Source of the DNA: a virus
DNA length: 64,000 nt
Virus record (IMG/VR): IMGVR_UViG_3300027736_000026
Coordinates: 32,001 to 96,000 of that record
Direction: 5' to 3' (one strand)
Below, piece by piece: positions 59,136 to 64,000 of the stretch; positions within the stretch are counted from its first letter, which is position 1, and every line of letters starts with the position of its first letter. The notes beneath the pieces are model-generated. The model ran no database searches. It had not been told where the DNA came from and saw only the letters and a list, made by a program, of their open reading frames with translations. A program made the translations under genes and the position numbers.

Positions 59136-59628
59136 AGACGGCTATCTCTTGGTCCCAAAAGAATTCACTTATAAACACTACTTATTTAAGTTCATAAATG
59201 AGCTTGAAGGAGGCTGGATGATTTATGAGAAAATGAAAGAAGCTACTAAAACCAAAAAATACGAATTGGTTAAGCCTAAGAGGCAAGATCAATTTGTACT
59301 TCATGGCAATATTATTGAGGCTAAGTGGGTCTATCCTCACAGTAATTCTTTTGGCAGGATTGGTTTTGACTGCATTTCTCTGGATGTCGCCATTAACAGG
59401 CATAAAGAAATGTTAGCCGACAAGCAAGAACAAGTCGAGACTACTCAAGTGGAGTTAAAGATTCCAAATGGAGAATTCACCATGAAGGATCTACTTGTTA
59501 CAAATAAAATTCCTTATCCTAAACTTTATCTTAAAGTTAAAGAAATGGTCATCGGCAATACTATTAAAAAAGTGGGTGAAAAGAAAAATGGTAGAGGAAA
59601 ACACAGTAATATTTTTAAATTAGTGTAA
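59122..59628 (+). CDS. Hypothetical protein, possible C-terminal winged HTH
   Basis: EFTMKDL..KVGE..GRGK.SNIF. Confidence 0.65.
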   Translation: MEKDKDGYLLVPKEFTYKHYLFKFINELEGGWMIYEKMKEATKTKKYELVKPKRQDQFVLHGNIIEAKWVYPHSNSFGRIGFDCISLDVAINRHKEMLADKQEQVETTQVELKIPNGEFTMKDLLVTNKIPYPKLYLKVKEMVIGNTIKKVGEKKNGRGKHSNIFKLV

Positions 59629-59638
59629 TAAATAATCT

Positions 59639-59890
59639 ATGGAAGAATACATGGGAAATATTAAACTATTCGCAGGAACTTTTTATCCAAAAGACTATAT
59701 GTACTGCGATGGTCAAACTTTATCAATTCAGCAATACACTGCATTGTTTTCTATTGTAGGCACTCAATATGGAGGAGATGGAAGAATTACATTCTGCCTT
59801 CCTAATTTAAATAAAACCCCGATAGTAGAGGGAACAAATTTAAAATATATAATTTGTACCCAAGGTTTATACCCTACTAGGCCAGATTAA
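59639..59890 (+). CDS. Stand-alone phage tail collar domain protein
   Basis: YMGNIKLFAG.F.P..Y..CDGQ.L.IQQY.ALFS..G..YGGDG..TF.LPNL..YIIC..G.YP.R. Confidence 0.88.
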   Translation: MEEYMGNIKLFAGTFYPKDYMYCDGQTLSIQQYTALFSIVGTQYGGDGRITFCLPNLNKTPIVEGTNLKYIICTQGLYPTRPD

Positions 59891-59901
59891 AAAACGTTCA
59901 C

Positions 59902-59923
59902 GCCGCCGAAAGGCGGCTTTTTT
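59902..59923 (+). terminator. Intrinsic terminator
   Basis: GCCGCC-GAAA-GGCGGC-TTTTTT. Confidence 0.9.
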
Positions 59924-59937
59924 GTGTAATCATAGGC

Positions 59938-60894
59938 ATGAAGAAGTTTCTGTTCCTGCCTTTCGTCCTGTTAATACTAACTGGGTGCTTCTCTACAATT
60001 AAGCCTTCTAAGCAGATAGATGACAATCAAAAGATCATTGCCAAAGAAGAGAAGAAAGTAGATAACACTCTTGTAGATATAGAGAAGAACGACAAAGGCA
60101 AAAAAATTCAAACCTCTGCATTGGCGCAAGGTATCCAGTATTCTCTTAATCAAGTAACCAATCCGCCAATTCAAGTAGATACAGCAAAGTCTTTAAACGA
60201 AAGAGTGGTCTCTATTGTTGGCTCGCCCCACATAGACGAGATAAATAGAATCAAAGCAACAGTCGATTTATTAAATTCCGCAGTAGAAGAAGAACGTAAG
60301 AAAGGGCAAGAATTACTCCTTAAAAGAGACGAGCTAATCAATAAATTACAAAAAGAAAAAGTAGAGCTAAACGAACAATACGACGATCAACTCTGGCAGT
60401 TAACCGACAAAGCTAAAGAGGTCGCCAAAGAAGCAGATCAAAATAAAGCAGTGCTAGATTCAATGAGCGGGATGTTCGGCCTTAATGCTGTATTTTGGGG
60501 ATTAAAAAAGTTTTTCATGAGTGCAATCACAATTATTATTATTTTTGGAGTTATTTTTCTTGTGTTGAGAGTCCTCGCTATGGTAAACCCAGTTGCTGCC
60601 GCTGCATTTTCTATCTTTGATATGATTGGATCTGCATTTGTTGCTTTAATAAAAGTGTTGACTCCCAAAGCTTTTGATATTGCAAAGTTCACTCATAAAG
60701 ATAATGTTGACGAATACAAATCTCCCTTGGTTAAAATTGTTGATGTCATCCAAGAATTCAAAGTCAAGCAAAAAGAAACGCCAAACAAAGTTTATTCTTT
60801 AAATCAAATTTTAGATAAATTTGAAAAAGACTTAGACAAACAAGAAAAAGATCTAATAGACGAGCTTTTGAAAGAATTAAAGTGGACCAAGTAA
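59938..60894 (+). CDS. Lipoprotein with long coiled coil and internal TM segment(s)
   Basis: Lipobox LTGC at residue 17; coiled coil; hydrophobic AITIIIIFGVIFLVL. Confidence 0.7.
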   Translation: MKKFLFLPFVLLILTGCFSTIKPSKQIDDNQKIIAKEEKKVDNTLVDIEKNDKGKKIQTSALAQGIQYSLNQVTNPPIQVDTAKSLNERVVSIVGSPHIDEINRIKATVDLLNSAVEEERKKGQELLLKRDELINKLQKEKVELNEQYDDQLWQLTDKAKEVAKEADQNKAVLDSMSGMFGLNAVFWGLKKFFMSAITIIIIFGVIFLVLRVLAMVNPVAAAAFSIFDMIGSAFVALIKVLTPKAFDIAKFTHKDNVDEYKSPLVKIVDVIQEFKVKQKETPNKVYSLNQILDKFEKDLDKQEKDLIDELLKELKWTK

Positions 60895-60940
60895 AAAAAA
60901 GTTGACAACTCCTAATTTTGCCCGATAATATTTCAAATAT

Positions 60941-61114
60941 ATGGAAAACTCTCTAAAACTAGTCCAGCAGTTGATCGAAGCCAGTTATGAGAAAGATCGT
61001 CAAGATAAGATTAACGACCCTTCTAAGATTGGAGAATCATTTTTTACTCATTATTTGAAATTACTTAAGCAGTGTATCGAAGAAGACTATGTCAAAATCA
61101 AAAAAGATTCATAA
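60941..61114 (+). CDS. Small hypothetical protein (57 aa)
   Basis: Hand-translated MENSLKLV..; preceded by TTGACA at 60902. Confidence 0.55.
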   Translation: MENSLKLVQQLIEASYEKDRQDKINDPSKIGESFFTHYLKLLKQCIEEDYVKIKKDS

Positions 61115-61268
61115 CGAATACTCTAAAGCTTGGGACGAACTTTACAAAGAGCTTCCCAAATGGAAGAAAGACATGATCGACGAGATGAAAATCTCTAAGA
61201 AAGAAGACGCTTTTTACGTTTCCTTCATAAAAGAAGTCATAAAAAAAGCAGAGAATAAAAGTTTGTGA
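61089..61268 (+). CDS. Small hypothetical protein (59 aa)
   Basis: Hand-translated MSKSKKIH..LPKWKK.. Confidence 0.5.
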   Translation: MSKSKKIHNEYSKAWDELYKELPKWKKDMIDEMKISKKEDAFYVSFIKEVIKKAENKSL

Positions 61269-61270
61269 AA

Positions 61271-61687
61271 ATGGCGAATTTGGAAAAGTGCATTAGCCTC
61301 ACCAAGGCTTTGCACGAACTTGATTCTGACTTGAAATGCCAACACTTTTCATTCATCTTTCACAAGAATCGTATAATTACTATTGGCAAGAACTCTAAAA
61401 AAAGCAATCCTACCAATCGCAGAAACCCCAAAACAGGCACCAACGGAGAGCAGATATCGGACAAATATACTTGCTCTGAGTTAAACGCTTTCATAAAATT
61501 CAAGAATCTCACTAACATTGACTTCTCTAAGACAAATTTAGTAACCACAAGGATAGACCGAAACGGAGAGATTAGAAATTCTAAACCTTGTACTTCTTGT
61601 CAAAATCTGATTAAATTTTTAAATCCCAAGAAAATATTTTACTCCATTGATTCAAACGGAGAGAATACATTCGAAGAGTATAAATAA
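61271..61687 (+). CDS. Cytidine/deoxycytidylate deaminase-fold protein
   Basis: H..I..IG.N, CSE (in place of HAE), SKPCTSC. Confidence 0.7.
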   Translation: MANLEKCISLTKALHELDSDLKCQHFSFIFHKNRIITIGKNSKKSNPTNRRNPKTGTNGEQISDKYTCSELNAFIKFKNLTNIDFSKTNLVTTRIDRNGEIRNSKPCTSCQNLIKFLNPKKIFYSIDSNGENTFEEYK

Positions 61688-61690
61688 ATT

Positions 61691-62293
61691 ATGTTTGCCA
61701 TTGAAAATCTAACCTGTCTAAAATTAAACAAAAATTGGATGGGCATTGGAACTGAAGGCATTGAAACCGCTATCAGTAAAGTATTCAAAGGCACATACTC
61801 TGCTATGGACGTTAATTATCCTTTAGTGGATGGAGAATATGATTTTGAAAGCCCAGATTACAGGCCAGTTTCGTGGGAAGTTTGGGAGACTTTGCCAGTT
61901 CGGTCTTTCGATTATTCAATCTCCTCTCCTTATCAGACGTTTAGAATTCCCACAGTCGTTATCAGCAAGAACTTCTCGAAAGTTCCAATCTACCATACTA
62001 AATTAACCAAAAGAGCAATCCTTGAAAGAGACAACTGGACCTGCCAGTATACAGGCCGAAGATTGTCGAAGGACGAGGCAAATATAGATCACCTGATACC
62101 TGTCTCAAGGAACGGCAAGAACACTTGGGAAAACATGGTAGCTTGCGATATCAAAATCAATAGTTTAAAATCTAATAAAACTCTTGAAGAATTTGAAATG
62201 GCGTTAATTAAAAAACCCAAGAAACCCAATTCTCATCCATTTATCATTAATATAGAGAGCAAGCACAGAGATTGGCAGTGGTTCCTTTACTAA
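61691..62293 (+). CDS. HNH endonuclease (McrA-like)
   Basis: LN, P.V, RDNWTCQY, IDHLIP.SRNG..WEN.V.C..N..K. Confidence 0.88.
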   Translation: MFAIENLTCLKLNKNWMGIGTEGIETAISKVFKGTYSAMDVNYPLVDGEYDFESPDYRPVSWEVWETLPVRSFDYSISSPYQTFRIPTVVISKNFSKVPIYHTKLTKRAILERDNWTCQYTGRRLSKDEANIDHLIPVSRNGKNTWENMVACDIKINSLKSNKTLEEFEMALIKKPKKPNSHPFIINIESKHRDWQWFLY

Positions 62294-62294
62294 T

Positions 62295-62522
62295 ATGTTA
62301 CAAAAAATTCAACAATCCATTCAAGAAGCTCAAAGCAGAGGATACAAACTCGGCGAGTATTTTAATGCTGTAATTATTCCTTCTCATCTTCTTGAAGAAT
62401 TTGAGAAAGACTTGGAGGCTCATTTAGTAAACAATACTAATGATAGCAGGACCACGATCTTTGGCTTGGAGGTCTTGATCTGCGGGAAAAACGAGCAGAT
62501 AAGATTTGGAAAGATTTTCTAA
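62295..62522 (+). CDS. Hypothetical protein
   Basis: ORF track; tight packing. Confidence 0.55.
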   Translation: MLQKIQQSIQEAQSRGYKLGEYFNAVIIPSHLLEEFEKDLEAHLVNNTNDSRTTIFGLEVLICGKNEQIRFGKIF

Positions 62523-62531
62523 ATCTACCCC

Positions 62532-62560
62532 TTGACCTTTCGGAACTCTTGATCTAGTCT
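62532..62560 (+). promoter_or_regulatory. sigma70-type promoter TTGACC-17-TAGTCT
   Basis: 8 nt before ATG 62569. Confidence 0.55.
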
Positions 62561-62568
62561 GTCCGCCG

Positions 62569-62808
62569 ATGAGTGAACTCTTGAAGACCAGAGGCCGTCC
62601 TACTGGCGGCAAAAACCTTGTATTCGTTAGCATTTTGCAGCTTCGCGAGAAGATGACCGATGCTGCGAAAATCCCAATCAGCGTCAAGTTCGCCAAACAG
62701 GTGAACCTGATCGACGAGGAAGAAAACCTACCTCAAACCACAAGTTCTCCCAAGCAGCAGAACCCTGCAAAGCCAGTCGTTTCTTTCTCAATCTCAGAAG
62801 AATTTTAA
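62569..62808 (+). CDS. Small putative DNA-binding protein (RGRP motif)
   Basis: RGRPTG..FV.I..L..IPIS. Confidence 0.55.
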   Translation: MSELLKTRGRPTGGKNLVFVSILQLREKMTDAAKIPISVKFAKQVNLIDEEENLPQTTSSPKQQNPAKPVVSFSISEEF

Positions 62809-62809
62809 T

Positions 62810-63772
62810 ATGAACAATCGTTTTGATTCAATCATTGGTCAGGAAGCAGTTAAGAATAAGTTAGATTTTTATCTTGATATTTACGACAAGAGTCAGATTT
62901 CCCCTAATTTCCTTTTTGTCGCTCCGCGAGGATCTGGCAAGACTACAATTGCAAAGCAGTATGCTAGAAACCTACTTAAGGCAGATAAGTCTAAGTGCAA
63001 GCCTCTTATTGAAATTAATTGTGCAACTATTGGTTCATCTGAAAGTTTCTTTAATGATATTTATGTTCCTGCGATAGCGAATAAAGAAGTCACTATCCTT
63101 TTTGATGAAGCTAGTGAACTTCCCAAGACTCTTCAGATCAATTTCTTGAGTCTATTTAATCCTAATCCGGTTAATAAGAATACGCTCAATCTTCCTGACT
63201 ATTCTGTTGACTTTGACTTCTCTGTCCAAAGCTTCTTATTTTGCACAACTGAGCCTCAATTAATTTTCCATGCTCTCCTTGATCGTCTTGAGAGAGTTGA
63301 GCTTCAAGAGTATTCTCACAATGACCTTTCTCAAATAATAAAGAAAAGCGTGAATTGTGATTTTGATGAAGAATCTTTACATGACATCTCTTCTTGTCTG
63401 AGAGGCAATGCCCGACAGGCGCAAGTCATGGCTAACAAGATTGATTCTTATCTCAAAACCAAGCAAGAAAGAATCTTTACTAATGAAGACTGGCAGCTTC
63501 TAAAAGATAAGCTTACTATCTTACCTCTGGGACTCAATCAAATTGAATTGAGAATCTTGCAAACTCTCAAGATCAAACCAGAGATGACTCTCACCAATCT
63601 CTCTGCGATTATCGGAATGACTCGCTCCAGTCTGCAAAAAGATTTTGAAACTTGGTTATTGAGGAATAATCTGATACAAATTGCAGAAAAGGGTAGAATG
63701 CTTACAGGTAAAGGCCAAGATTACCTGAAGCGTTATGAAGAAAAAGAAGCAGAATCAAATCAACCTTTTTGA
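62810..63772 (+). CDS. ruvB: RuvB-like AAA+ ATPase
   Basis: IIGQ, APRGSGKTT, FDE, TTE..LLDR, RGNAR, PLGL..E, E.WLL..GR.LT. Confidence 0.8.
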   Translation: MNNRFDSIIGQEAVKNKLDFYLDIYDKSQISPNFLFVAPRGSGKTTIAKQYARNLLKADKSKCKPLIEINCATIGSSESFFNDIYVPAIANKEVTILFDEASELPKTLQINFLSLFNPNPVNKNTLNLPDYSVDFDFSVQSFLFCTTEPQLIFHALLDRLERVELQEYSHNDLSQIIKKSVNCDFDEESLHDISSCLRGNARQAQVMANKIDSYLKTKQERIFTNEDWQLLKDKLTILPLGLNQIELRILQTLKIKPEMTLTNLSAIIGMTRSSLQKDFETWLLRNNLIQIAEKGRMLTGKGQDYLKRYEEKEAESNQPF

Positions 63773-64000
63773 CTTTTGTAAAGTATTAGATACTGATTAC
63801 GCTGAATACGGGGGGAAAATAACAAGGGCAGATGGCAATTATCGCTATCTTGATTGTAGTGTCGGCTGCAAGCATTTTATTCCCCTGTATGACGAAGTAA
63901 GTAAAGACTTAAATTTAGACTATGGAGTCTGCACTAATCTTCGCAGCAAGAGGTGCGGACTCCTTACTTTTGAGCATCAAGCAGGGTTTGGTTGTTTTGA
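63735..64000 (+). CDS. Cys-rich hypothetical protein, truncated by the window end
   Basis: Hand-translated MKKKKQ..LDTDYAEYGG..DCSVGCKHF..DYGVCTN..RCGLLTFEHQ..C; open to position 64000. Confidence 0.7.
   Translation, partial: MKKKKQNQINLFDFCKVLDTDYAEYGGKITRADGNYRYLDCSVGCKHFIPLYDEVSKDLNLDYGVCTNLRSKRCGLLTFEHQAGFGCF

Noticed and set aside
2247-63077. Numerous 60-140 aa ORFs in the track antisense to, or nested in, assigned genes (e.g. 4855-5250, 20085-20465, 29281-29637, 57102-57521)
   Set aside because: Shadow frames of well-supported genes, with no recognisable motifs
63806-63963. Two long hairpins (ATACGGGGGGAAAAT/ATTTTATTCCCCTGTAT and GGAGTCTGCAC/GTGCGGACTCC) suggesting an ncRNA at the window end
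   Set aside because: The region is an uninterrupted, protein-like Cys-rich ORF from ATG 63735, missed by the track because it is truncated. Coding is the simpler explanation.

Overview
This window is a 64-kb piece of a large, AT-rich tailed-phage (Caudoviricetes) genome that reads cleanly in genetic code 11. 1-8.5 kb (minus strand): a lambda-like tail-tip module (M-L-K-K-I-J), in which J runs off the window and carries a ~750-aa insertion. 8.6-16.8 kb (plus): a divergent cassette of three tail-tube-like paralogues plus a 1842-aa IPT/TIG-LamG fibre. 16.8-49.7 kb (minus): replication genes (DnaE split into PHP, exonuclease and core genes; Cas4-like nuclease; primase; DnaB; RecA; putative SSB and annealase). 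These are interleaved with a large glycan-synthesis gene set (GMD, a sugar C-methyltransferase, four more methyltransferases, about 13 glycosyltransferase-like genes window-wide), class II RNR, a phage sigma factor and a dNMP kinase. 49.8-64 kb (plus): nucleotide metabolism, Hsp20, UvsE, tRNA-Thr, HNH genes, a phosphoesterase/receiver pair, RuvB-like and small genes. Best candidates for novelty: (1) a ~350-nt multi-domain structured ncRNA at 48.95-49.30 kb with its own promoter; (2) the glycan system, including a GT9 split across two genes; (3) a recurring GTGTAA promoter-like motif alongside the phage sigma factor, plus a consensus sigma-54 promoter on hsp20; (4) the intein-free tripartite DnaE. 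All family calls come from motif recognition by eye; no searches were run.
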